This document shows positions 39,350-48,886 of a stretch of DNA of 64,000 nt, one piece after another. Every line of letters starts with the position of its first letter. Within the stretch, counting starts at the first letter, position 1. The stretch covers positions 22,297-86,296 of the forward strand of contig CAYQPW010000005.1 in assembly GCA_964419565.1 (NCBI GenBank), written 5' to 3'. This DNA comes from an uncultured bacterium (GTDB lineage Bacteria > Hydrothermota > Tepidihabitantia > SM23-42). Made by a program: the position numbers and the translations under genes. Under the pieces are notes generated by a model. That model searched no databases, was not told the origin of the DNA, and saw only the letters and a list, made by a program, of their open reading frames with translations.

Positions 39350-41593
39350 ATGAATTCACGATCAATAATACTCAAGGCATGTTTCATCATTTTATGTATA
39401 TACATTTTTGCTTCAGGCGAAACTGATGACTTTTCGCATGGCGAACAGGCATTTCAAAATGGTAACTACAAACTGGCTGAGATATATCTTGATCACCTCT
39501 TGGTAAATGAGCCGCTTAACGAACATATCCCGGATGCCGTCTATTATCTGGTTCATATTTATGAGAGTCAGGGTGATTTTGCAGATATGGTTTCACAAGC
39601 CAATCGATTTTTAGAGGATTTTAAATATGATGTGCGCAGCAAAGAAATAGTGCTGATTATTCTAAATTATTTAAACGATGCCGGGGCATACACTATCGCT
39701 CTTGAGTACATCGAGCGCTATGATCATTTGATCGACGATCAAGAGGTCTTTGAACGTATCGGATTTGGTCTTTTTCAGCAGAATAGATTTTTATTAGCTG
39801 ATCATGCACTCTCTTTATGTACTCAAACCGATTCAATCATGATAATCCGGGCTCAATTGACTGATGATCCAGACAAAAAAATGGAGCTGTATGGATCTAT
39901 CGATGAACCGAAAGGACTGATATACCTTACCGAATTTTATCTGGAGATCGGCGATACGGTCCGAGCTTATCGATCATATGAAAGAATAGACAATAAACAG
40001 ATCCATGATGATCTGCTTTTTCGGTATGCCAAGCTTGCCAGGCTTTTTGATCGTCGGGGATTGCCAGAGATCTTAGAAAAGCTGGCAATGATCCCAGGAT
40101 TTGATAAAAAAGCCAGATTACTCGATGAGCAATTCAGGTTTCGGCCATTTATTATGCCAGACGACCAGGAAGAAGTAAGGTTGCTGATCGAACACCTTGG
40201 GCAGGATACTGTTATGACCAGGTTGCCTGATTCTCTGAATATAGAATCTTTAATGCCGGATTCCATAACCGAAGAAGATCTTATATTTTTACGCGATACC
40301 CTGGGGACTTATTATTTCCTGGATTCACTTTATTGCGATTTTCTCATAAGTAATAGCCGGATCAGTGAAGCATACATGGTCATTAAGCCATATCTTATCT
40401 ATAAAAATACCCAAGACTTTTTGCGAAAAGTGCGGGCATTGAAGAGCTATGCTGACGGTGAATACCAGTCAGCAGTAAAGGATCTTGTCCTTGTTAATGT
40501 CAAACACCCGATGTATCGGTTTATCCTGGCAAATTCTCTCACCAGACTTGGTTTTGATGCGATCGCTATGTACGAGGACCTTTTACATGCTACTTCAGAT
40601 TCGGCATTCATATCTCGAGTATCTAAAGAATTATTGAAAAGCTGCTTTGCCGCAGGCAAATACGCGCGTATTGCCAAACTAGACCTTCAAATGTTTGATA
40701 ATGACACAGGTCTTGTCCGGATATATGCACACAGTCTGGCTCATATCGGGAAAAAGAATAAAGCGGATTCAGTTCTAGCCCATTATCTTCTGGAACCTGA
40801 TTATGATTATTTGAACCATTATGGAGAAAACCTTATTGAAAGTAAGAAGTATAAAGCCGCTGCAGCGCTCTATGATTCATTAGCAAGTTTAGGTGATAGA
40901 CGATTACCCGATATTATTTATTACAACTGGGCACTAATACCTTTTGCTCGAGGCCAGGAAGATACTGCATTATACAGATTCCAGTTATTTTTCGATGATC
41001 TGAACGAGGATGATATTTATGCCAAAACATCGTTTAAAATCGCAACTATCAAGTATCTGCAGCACGAATTTGACTCGGCCGCTTTCTATTATGAGCTGGC
41101 GAGTAAAAATGAAGATCTGCGTTTGGATGCACTCAAGAACCAGCTGATATGCTACAAAAAATACGGTAACTGGTCTATGATGATAAAAACCGGGAAAATG
41201 ATAGTACCTGTGACTTCAGGAGATGATGAAGTTGAATCACTCTTCGAGATCGGTTATGGCTATTTGCGATCCGGCTATATAAGAGAGGCAGTTTCTTTTT
41301 TATCCAAGGCTGCAAAATTAAAACCCACACCGGAATTTTTCTACTGGCTGGCCGAGGCTCATGTTGCTAAAGGAGAATTCTCCCAGGGCCTATACCAGTA
41401 CCGGCGCATCGTCGATCTCTTTCCAAAAGATGAGATGTGGACTCCGACCGCAGAATACAAGAGCGGCATTGTTTTTGAATTAATGGACGAACTGGAAGAA
41501 GCAAAGAAGATTTACCGCGGGATTATCCGAAGACGCGGCGCTCAAGATACTTGGGGTATCGAAGCTCAAAAAAGATTAGAGGAAATAGAATGA
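39350..41593 (+). CDS. Secreted TPR-like repeat protein
   Basis: It has a signal peptide and alpha-helical repeat character throughout. Confidence 0.5.
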   Translation: MNSRSIILKACFIILCIYIFASGETDDFSHGEQAFQNGNYKLAEIYLDHLLVNEPLNEHIPDAVYYLVHIYESQGDFADMVSQANRFLEDFKYDVRSKEIVLIILNYLNDAGAYTIALEYIERYDHLIDDQEVFERIGFGLFQQNRFLLADHALSLCTQTDSIMIIRAQLTDDPDKKMELYGSIDEPKGLIYLTEFYLEIGDTVRAYRSYERIDNKQIHDDLLFRYAKLARLFDRRGLPEILEKLAMIPGFDKKARLLDEQFRFRPFIMPDDQEEVRLLIEHLGQDTVMTRLPDSLNIESLMPDSITEEDLIFLRDTLGTYYFLDSLYCDFLISNSRISEAYMVIKPYLIYKNTQDFLRKVRALKSYADGEYQSAVKDLVLVNVKHPMYRFILANSLTRLGFDAIAMYEDLLHATSDSAFISRVSKELLKSCFAAGKYARIAKLDLQMFDNDTGLVRIYAHSLAHIGKKNKADSVLAHYLLEPDYDYLNHYGENLIESKKYKAAAALYDSLASLGDRRLPDIIYYNWALIPFARGQEDTALYRFQLFFDDLNEDDIYAKTSFKIATIKYLQHEFDSAAFYYELASKNEDLRLDALKNQLICYKKYGNWSMMIKTGKMIVPVTSGDDEVESLFEIGYGYLRSGYIREAVSFLSKAAKLKPTPEFFYWLAEAHVAKGEFSQGLYQYRRIVDLFPKDEMWTPTAEYKSGIVFELMDELEEAKKIYRGIIRRRGAQDTWGIEAQKRLEEIE

Positions 41594-42078
41594 CAAAACT
41601 GAGAATTTTTTCTTTCTTCCTAGTTCTTAGTTCCTACTTATTTACTATTAAATGTTGTGGTTATTCAACCCGCTCGTTATTACCCGGCTATTTTGAAAAA
41701 GTGCACATAAAACTGTTTGAGAACAGAACGCTTAAACCTGGTCTTGATGAGCTTGCCACAAACGCCGTTACCGAGGCATTCCGCAGTGGTTCAGGACTGC
41801 ATATTTCAGATGAGAATAGCGCCGACCTTGTCATTGAGGGAAAAGTTTCCGGCTATTCGAAAGATCCGCATACCTATACGAGCGACCAAACAGTTACTGA
41901 GTATAAAATAACCGTTAGCTACTCAGTGCGGTGTCTCGACCGTATAAAGAACGAAGTCTTCTGGGAAGGCACGATTTCGGACTGGGCCGCCTTTTCCACG
42001 GATGAGGACGCAGCGATTGAAGAAGCTGTAGAAAAGACAGCTGATAAATTGGTTGATGCTATTTTGACAAATTGGTAA
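41590..42078 (+). CDS. LptE-like outer-membrane lipoprotein
   Basis: A signal peptide with Cys ('..FTIKCCGYS') is followed by an LptE-like pattern (L..L..G, 'ADLVIEGKV', 'TEYKITVSYSV'). The ATG overlaps the upstream stop. Confidence 0.4.
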   Translation: MTKLRIFSFFLVLSSYLFTIKCCGYSTRSLLPGYFEKVHIKLFENRTLKPGLDELATNAVTEAFRSGSGLHISDENSADLVIEGKVSGYSKDPHTYTSDQTVTEYKITVSYSVRCLDRIKNEVFWEGTISDWAAFSTDEDAAIEEAVEKTADKLVDAILTNW

Positions 42079-42120
42079 TACTGCATAAAGTGCAGTGAAT
42101 ATGAAAGGCAGGAGAAAATA

Positions 42121-44106
42121 ATGAAGAAAAAACGGGTCGATGTTCAAGATCTATATAAATTGAAATTTCTGAGGGAGATCGCGCTCTCTCCTTGTGGCAA
42201 AAAGGTCGCCTATACAGTGGAATGGATGGATCGTAAGAATAATAAATATTTCTCAAATCTTTATGTGGTTACCGAGAAAGGCAAGACACAGCATTTTATT
42301 CGAGGTAACAAAGATATTAAATTACCCAAGTGGTCGCCTGACGGTAAATATATCTCTTTTCTCCGTACTGAAATAGTGAAAAATGAATTAAAACAAAATA
42401 TCTGGATAATCCCGGCAGGCGGCGGCGAAGCATATGCGATGACCGACGCAAACGGCATGTTCGGAGCATATGAGTGGACGCCGGATAGTAAGAATATCGT
42501 GTGTCAGTTTGTCCAGAAAAAAGAAGATAAAGATCGAGTGCCTGAAAAAGGCAAGCCGCCGTTGTATTATTATGTAAAGAAAGCTTGGTATAAATATGAT
42601 GGCAAGGGCATGTTGCCTGAAGAAAAGATGCACATATGGCGCGTGCGTATAAATTCTGGCAGAATGAAGCAGTTGACTTTTGGCATTAATGGTGATGATG
42701 GACCTAATATTTCACCTGACGGCAAGAAGATTATTTTTTCCTCAAACCGCAATGTAAATTTCGAAGAAAGACTGCTTTATCAAGATATCTATATCGTCGA
42801 TATCAATGGGAAAAAGGAGAGACGTGTCAAGACTCTGCCAGGTCCCAAGTATCAACCGGTTTTTTCACCCGACGGTAAGAGCATAGTATATCTCGGTCAC
42901 ACATATCCTGAGGAGTTTGTTGGTTGGCGGACTCTCAATCTCTGGAAAGTTCCGATAAACGGCGGGAAGGCAGTAAACCTTACAAAATCGCTCGATCGAA
43001 CAGTACCGGGTTATATCGTCGATGATATGGGTCATTATGCCCAAACCCAACCGGTTTTCTCAAAAGACGGTCGGTTTTTGTATTATCATATCACAAATAA
43101 TGGCGATCTGAGTCTTTATGGTATCGATGCGAAAAACAAGAAAATCACCAAAGTCTGGGGTGATAATCAAGTAATTTATGCATTTGACCATGATGGCGGA
43201 GATACTTTTGTCATGGCGATCAGCGATCCGCTCAATCCTGGTGATCTGTATTTGTTGAAAAGTGGTAAATTAAAACGCTTGACCGATCTTAATCGCAGTT
43301 ACATCAAGGGCCATTGGATCTCTAAACCAGAGGACTTCTGGTTCAAAGGTGATAAGGGAGATGATATCCAGGGTTGGTTGATGAAACCGCCGCGTTTTAA
43401 TAAGAAAAAAAGATACCCGTTGATCGTTCAAATCCACGGTGGACCACACGCGGCTTATGGTAATTCTCTGTTCCATGAGTTCCAGGTACTCGCCGCGAAT
43501 GGATATATAGTATTCTATTGTAATCCGCACGGTAGTGTTGGCTACGGCGAGAAATTCGCCAGGGATCTGCATAATCAATGGGGGATACCAGATACAAAGG
43601 ATATCATGAAAGCCTTGCGCTTACTCGGTAAACGTAAGTACATTAACGAACGCAGCATGGGTGTCATGGGTGGCAGCTATGGTGGTTTCATGACCAACTG
43701 GATAATCGGTCACACTGATATCTTCAAAGCAGCCATTACCATGCGAAGTGTTGTGAACATGATTTCTTTTTTCAGTACGGACTTCGGGTTTTCTCTGCAC
43801 AAGGAATTTCGTGGTCACTTATGGGAAAAGAACAATCTTCAGTTCTATTGGAACATGTCGCCCTTAAAATATGCAAATAAGATAAAAACGCCGCTTCTCA
43901 TAATTCACAGTGAGCAGGATCATCGCTGTCCGATAAGCCAGGGTGAAGAACTATACGTAGCTTTGAAAATATTGAAGAAAGAAGTCGAAATGGTGCGCTT
44001 TCCATTAGAACCTCACGGTTTATCAAGACATGGCTCGCCGCGGCGTCGTGAAAAAAGATTGGATTTCATCCTAACGTTTGTCGATCGCTATTTAAAGAAA
44101 AAGTAA
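42121..44106 (+). CDS. S9-family serine peptidase (prolyl oligopeptidase / acylaminoacyl-peptidase type) with an N-terminal beta-propeller
   Basis: 'WSPDGKYISF' propeller repeats are present. The nucleophile is in 'GGSYGGFMTNW' (GxSxGG), with C-terminal Asp/His blocks. Confidence 0.85.
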   Translation: MKKKRVDVQDLYKLKFLREIALSPCGKKVAYTVEWMDRKNNKYFSNLYVVTEKGKTQHFIRGNKDIKLPKWSPDGKYISFLRTEIVKNELKQNIWIIPAGGGEAYAMTDANGMFGAYEWTPDSKNIVCQFVQKKEDKDRVPEKGKPPLYYYVKKAWYKYDGKGMLPEEKMHIWRVRINSGRMKQLTFGINGDDGPNISPDGKKIIFSSNRNVNFEERLLYQDIYIVDINGKKERRVKTLPGPKYQPVFSPDGKSIVYLGHTYPEEFVGWRTLNLWKVPINGGKAVNLTKSLDRTVPGYIVDDMGHYAQTQPVFSKDGRFLYYHITNNGDLSLYGIDAKNKKITKVWGDNQVIYAFDHDGGDTFVMAISDPLNPGDLYLLKSGKLKRLTDLNRSYIKGHWISKPEDFWFKGDKGDDIQGWLMKPPRFNKKKRYPLIVQIHGGPHAAYGNSLFHEFQVLAANGYIVFYCNPHGSVGYGEKFARDLHNQWGIPDTKDIMKALRLLGKRKYINERSMGVMGGSYGGFMTNWIIGHTDIFKAAITMRSVVNMISFFSTDFGFSLHKEFRGHLWEKNNLQFYWNMSPLKYANKIKTPLLIIHSEQDHRCPISQGEELYVALKILKKEVEMVRFPLEPHGLSRHGSPRRREKRLDFILTFVDRYLKKK

Positions 44107-44131
44107 TCTGTCCTCTTGTTGCGTTTAAAAT

Positions 44132-44698
44132 ATGGAATTCTTGATAATACTCGGGATCGTTTTCGTGGTCTATGTCATTTGGAAATACTGGACCTTGTTG
44201 CTTGGAGCTGGATATGACCCGACGCCCATGGATACAGTACATAGAATGCTCGAGCTGGCCCAGGTCAGCGATAAAGATATCGTATATGATCTAGGAAGCG
44301 GCGATGGCAGGATAATCATTAGCGCCGCCAGGATCTATCATGCCCGTGCAATAGGTATAGAAGCTGATCCTTTCCGATACTTGTTTTCCTGGGTGAATAT
44401 TATCGTTTCAGGTCAGATAAAGCGTGCACGTGTGAAATTCGGTAATTTCTTCAGTCAGGATATCAGTAACGCAACGGTCATAACCTTATTTCTATTTAAA
44501 CCGACGAATAATAGACTAAAAGATAAGTTCATGCAAGAATTGAAACCCGGTACGCGTATAGTCACGTATATATGGACATTTGATGATTGGCAGGATCAAA
44601 CGAGTGTGCCTGAGCAGAGGATATATCTTTATAAAATCGAGAAGGCAATGGATGATGATGTTTCATGTGCGCAGGAAAATTTTTCCGAGAATTGTTGA
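44132..44698 (+). CDS. Class I SAM-dependent methyltransferase with an N-terminal TM helix
   Basis: Motif I is 'VYDLGSGDGRIIISAA'. Confidence 0.7.
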   Translation: MEFLIILGIVFVVYVIWKYWTLLLGAGYDPTPMDTVHRMLELAQVSDKDIVYDLGSGDGRIIISAARIYHARAIGIEADPFRYLFSWVNIIVSGQIKRARVKFGNFFSQDISNATVITLFLFKPTNNRLKDKFMQELKPGTRIVTYIWTFDDWQDQTSVPEQRIYLYKIEKAMDDDVSCAQENFSENC

Positions 44699-44730
44699 CA
44701 TTGCTAGGAAAAACCCTATAATTTTTTTAC

Positions 44731-46776
44731 ATGAAATTTGATATATCAATAGTCATCGTTAACTACAATGTAAAAGCATTTCTTGAGCAGTGCTTGATGG
44801 CTATCGAACGTGCTAAACATGACCTGAGACTCGAGATATATATAGTTGACAATGCTTCAGTGGACGGCAGTCAGGCGATGATAAGAAAACGATTTCCTTA
44901 TGTTAATTTGATCGAGAACAAAAAAAACCTCGGATTTTCTAAAGCGAATAATCAGGCGCTTCGTAAGGTGAAAGGAAAATACGTTCTTCTGCTCAATCCC
45001 GACACACTCATCCAGGAAGATACCTTGATTGTACTAAACGATTATCTTGAACAACATGAGGATGCCGGCGCAGTGGGATGTAAATTAATAAATCCTGATG
45101 GGTCATATCAGATTGCGAGCCGACGAAGTTTCCCCACACCATGGGTAGCATTCTCAAGGATACTCGGTTTAAGCCGATTTTTTCCTAAGAGCAGATTGTT
45201 TGGACGCTATAATATGACCTATCTTGATCCGGATGCTCATTGCGAGATCGACGTCCTTCCAGGATCTTTGATATTCGCAAGAAGACATGTACTCGAGACC
45301 GTCGATTATTTTGATGAAGATTACTTTATGTATGGTGAAGACATAGATCTCTGCTATAAGATCAAACAGCAGGGGTGGAGAATATTCTATACTCCGGCGA
45401 CAAAGGCGATTCACTATAAAGGGGAGAGTACAAAGAAGAGTGAATTATCTTTTGTTTCAAATTTTTATTCGGCAATGCTTATATTTGCACGTAAGCATTT
45501 CAAGAGTCACTATTCAGCAATGTTGCGGACTGTATTGGTCCTCGGTATCTATATGCGCGCCTTTTTCGCTTATCTCTGGCGCATTTTGAGGAATTTGAGT
45601 TCACCGTTGATCGACTTTGCCCTTATCATGGCAAGCAGCTTTCTATCGATCAAGATATGGCTTCCGCACTATGCCCTCGAGCGCTTCAGTATCATTATGC
45701 CGATTTATGTATTTATTTGGTTTGTATTTATCTACATGTTCGGTGCTTATCATCGCAAAGGTAAATACCATCTGAGACCGATCCTCTGGAGCACGATAGT
45801 CGGTCTTCTGGTTAACTCAACATTCACGTATTTTTTCAGGCAATTTGCTTATTCACGGGTCGTTGTATTGATCTCATTCCTATTGATCCTTACAACACTC
45901 AGTCTATGGCGCACACTCTATAGAATTATCGGGCCGGTTTCCAAGAAAGGTCCTCTGGCAAAGATGAACCGGGCTATCATTGTAGGCGCCGGTACAGAAG
46001 GCAAGAGGATCCTTAGACAACTGCAAAAACGTCCGGACATGCAATTTGAGATTTGTGGCTTTGTGGATTTCGATGAAAAAAGCGTTGGACAGCAGATCAA
46101 TGGCACTGAAGTACTTGCGACTATTGATAATGTCCGGGATGTCATCCGTGTTGAAGAAATCAACGAAGTGGTCTTTTCATCCGACCGTTTGACCAATGCG
46201 CAGATATTAGAGACGATCATTCTGGCTCAAGGCAGTGGTGTGAATTTCAGGATCGTGCCCCATGAACTTGAATACCTGGTTGCCAAATCATCCGTCGATG
46301 AGATAGATACCCTACCTCTTATCGATATCTCGGGTGTCGCTGATCCACTCGACCTCATGGTAAAGAGAACTTTCGACTTATTATTCAGTGGTTTTATTAT
46401 CCTTATCACTCTTCCTTTGGTCTTATTCAATTTTATAATCGGCGGGAAACTTGTCTCAAAGAAGATTATTGGCCATGCCGGTAAGCCCATTGATATTGAT
46501 ATATTTCAAGGGGGTATTGGTTTTCTTAAATACATCCCATTATACTATTCAGTCTTTACTGGTCGGCTCAGTATCGTCGGTTCTGAAATAACCGGGTTCA
46601 AGCCGAGCGAATTCCATCCTATTTATAAGCCTGGTTTGACCGGGCTTGTCCAGGTTAAGGCAAAAGAAAAGAGAAAGGCTTTAACTCAGCAGGAAAAGGA
46701 CTACTATAACCTTTACTATGTGAGGAATCAGTCGATCGTCACTGATTTTCAGATCATTGTTAAATCAATCTTCTAA
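44731..46776 (+). CDS. Fusion protein: N-terminal GT2 glycosyltransferase plus a C-terminal polyprenyl-phosphate sugar-transferase-like domain (CoA-binding-like 'IIVGAGTEGKRIL', TM, WbaP-like C-terminus)
   Basis: 'ISIVIVNYNV..DNASVDGS' is GT2. The C-terminus '..PGLTGLVQVK..YYNLYYVRNQSIVTDFQIIVKSIF' is typical of bacterial sugar transferases, but the canonical FRTM and DELPQ catalytic blocks are not evident. Confidence 0.6.
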   Translation: MKFDISIVIVNYNVKAFLEQCLMAIERAKHDLRLEIYIVDNASVDGSQAMIRKRFPYVNLIENKKNLGFSKANNQALRKVKGKYVLLLNPDTLIQEDTLIVLNDYLEQHEDAGAVGCKLINPDGSYQIASRRSFPTPWVAFSRILGLSRFFPKSRLFGRYNMTYLDPDAHCEIDVLPGSLIFARRHVLETVDYFDEDYFMYGEDIDLCYKIKQQGWRIFYTPATKAIHYKGESTKKSELSFVSNFYSAMLIFARKHFKSHYSAMLRTVLVLGIYMRAFFAYLWRILRNLSSPLIDFALIMASSFLSIKIWLPHYALERFSIIMPIYVFIWFVFIYMFGAYHRKGKYHLRPILWSTIVGLLVNSTFTYFFRQFAYSRVVVLISFLLILTTLSLWRTLYRIIGPVSKKGPLAKMNRAIIVGAGTEGKRILRQLQKRPDMQFEICGFVDFDEKSVGQQINGTEVLATIDNVRDVIRVEEINEVVFSSDRLTNAQILETIILAQGSGVNFRIVPHELEYLVAKSSVDEIDTLPLIDISGVADPLDLMVKRTFDLLFSGFIILITLPLVLFNFIIGGKLVSKKIIGHAGKPIDIDIFQGGIGFLKYIPLYYSVFTGRLSIVGSEITGFKPSEFHPIYKPGLTGLVQVKAKEKRKALTQQEKDYYNLYYVRNQSIVTDFQIIVKSIF

Positions 46777-46820
46777 TCAATAAATTTCAGTATCGAAATT
46801 TTGATTTGTTGACATATTTT

Positions 46821-48782
46821 CTAAAATACTTCGAGCGGATCGACATCTACTTCTAGAGTACAATTTGGTGTTTTATAAATTTTGAGAAATCTTAGTATCG
46901 TATGTTTAAAATCCTTTGACACCCTTAAAATAATGAATACACGGTAGTTTTTCCTTATTTTATAATAAAAAGACCGATTAGGACCTAACACCTCGATATT
47001 TTTCATTCTTTTTAGAATATTATGCAGTTTGCCAGCTTGTTCGTAGACGGTTTTTTCCTTTTCTCCTCTTATCCTCAAGAGAATAAGTTTTGAAAAAGGC
47101 GGGAAATTGAGTTCTTTACGCAATCTCATCTCACGGGCATAAAACTTTGGATAATTTTGAAGCTGGCTAAAGAGGATCGAGTATTGTTCAGGATGGTATG
47201 TTTGCATGATAACACTACCTGGTTTTTTCCCCCGTCCAGACCGGCCAGCGACCTGGGTGAGCATCTGGAAGGTATGTTCGCTCGACCGAAAGTCCGGTAA
47301 ATTGAGCACGACATCAGCATTGAGGATACCCACAAGTGTAACATCGGGGAAATCAAAGCCTTTGGTAACGAGCTGTGTTCCCAGAAGAATTTTCGCCTTT
47401 CGGTTCTCAAACGTATTGTATATTTTTTCTGCTTGGCCTTTTTTTCTAGCTGTATCGCGGTCTAATCTGAGAATTTGATTCTTTTTATTAGTATCCCTGA
47501 ATATTCTACCAAGGAGTTCTTCTATCCGCTGGGTTCCTGCTCCCCGGTAAAGTAATGTAGTACGGGCACATTTAGGGCAGACATGTTGAATATGGGCTTT
47601 ATATTGACATATGTGGCACGAAAGTGAACCTTTATCATCTTTTTCTGGCTTATGATAAACAAGCGGCAGTTTGCAGTATGGACACTTGGCAACATAACCG
47701 CAATTCGGGCATATTAGACTGGGCGCAAAACCACGGCGGTTAAGAAATAGAATTATTTGTTCGTCATTATTAAGTGTTTTTTCAATCGCCGATTCGAGCG
47801 CAGGTGTGATATACCTTTTGGTTTCTTTGCGCAGGTCTATCATTTCTATTGATGGTAAGGATCTGTTGTCGATGCGTTCTTTCAAGGTCAGCAGTTTATA
47901 TTTGCCAATTCCGGCATTATGATAGGATTCGATCTGAGGCGTGGCGCTGCCGAGTACGACCGTGATATTTTCAAACCTGCCGCGCATTACGGCAACATCC
48001 CGTGCATTGTAGCGCGGCATTCTTTCATGTTCTTTATATGAACGGTCGTGTTCTTCGTCGACTATGATCATCTTCAGGTCCGGGATCGGAACGAAGATAG
48101 TTGAACGGGGTCCAATGACTACTCTGTATTCACCATTACTGATAGCATACCAGATATCCCTGCGTTCTTTGATGGTCATGGATGAATGTATGGTGATGAC
48201 ATCGTCCTTAAACCTTTCCTGGAATCTCGTGAAAAGAAGCGGGGTCATGGAAATTTCCGGAACGAGGACCAAGATCTTTCCATTACTCTTAATAATTTTT
48301 TCAGCACACCGCAGATAAACTTCGGTTTTACCGCTACCAGTTATGCCATAGAGAAGAAAGGTTTCAAAAGAACCTTTATGCAGGGAGCTTATGATCGTCT
48401 TGACTGCATTGGATTGCGCATATGTTGGTGTGGGTGTTTCGAAAAATTCATAAGTGGTCTTGGGTTTCTGCTCAAGGTTGTACGTTTTCAGGATTTTAGC
48501 AGGTAGCGCCAGACGCAGAACTTCGCCGAGTGGTGCAAGATAATAATCGGACATCCATTTATATAGCTTAATTAAATTAAGCGGGAGGAATTTCTTATGG
48601 ATGAGTGATTCCACTTTTTTCAGACGGTCTATTTCACGCTGGGAATTTGTCTTCACGACTATCCCGTACTTTGATTTATTACGCAGCGGGACCGATACAA
48701 GATCACCAACATTGAACGAATCTTCAGTTTCATAAGTAAAAAAATCAAGTTTTGTGCGGGGGATAGCAACATCGACCTTCAT
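46821..48782 (-). CDS. priA: Primosomal protein N' (replication restart helicase PriA)
   Basis: Walker A is 'GITGSGKTEVY' and DExH is 'IIVDEEHD'. The Cys4 zinc module is 'CPNCGYVAKCPYC..CHICQY..CPKC'. Confidence 0.9.
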   Translation of the reverse strand: MKVDVAIPRTKLDFFTYETEDSFNVGDLVSVPLRNKSKYGIVVKTNSQREIDRLKKVESLIHKKFLPLNLIKLYKWMSDYYLAPLGEVLRLALPAKILKTYNLEQKPKTTYEFFETPTPTYAQSNAVKTIISSLHKGSFETFLLYGITGSGKTEVYLRCAEKIIKSNGKILVLVPEISMTPLLFTRFQERFKDDVITIHSSMTIKERRDIWYAISNGEYRVVIGPRSTIFVPIPDLKMIIVDEEHDRSYKEHERMPRYNARDVAVMRGRFENITVVLGSATPQIESYHNAGIGKYKLLTLKERIDNRSLPSIEMIDLRKETKRYITPALESAIEKTLNNDEQIILFLNRRGFAPSLICPNCGYVAKCPYCKLPLVYHKPEKDDKGSLSCHICQYKAHIQHVCPKCARTTLLYRGAGTQRIEELLGRIFRDTNKKNQILRLDRDTARKKGQAEKIYNTFENRKAKILLGTQLVTKGFDFPDVTLVGILNADVVLNLPDFRSSEHTFQMLTQVAGRSGRGKKPGSVIMQTYHPEQYSILFSQLQNYPKFYAREMRLRKELNFPPFSKLILLRIRGEKEKTVYEQAGKLHNILKRMKNIEVLGPNRSFYYKIRKNYRVFIILRVSKDFKHTILRFLKIYKTPNCTLEVDVDPLEVF

Positions 48783-48886
48783 TTTTAGATTATAGTAATA
48801 TATATATGGAAGTCAATTCTGTGTTTGAGAAGAGGCCTTGACATATTCATAATTCAGTAGTATCATTTAAATAAAGGGGAGGATGT

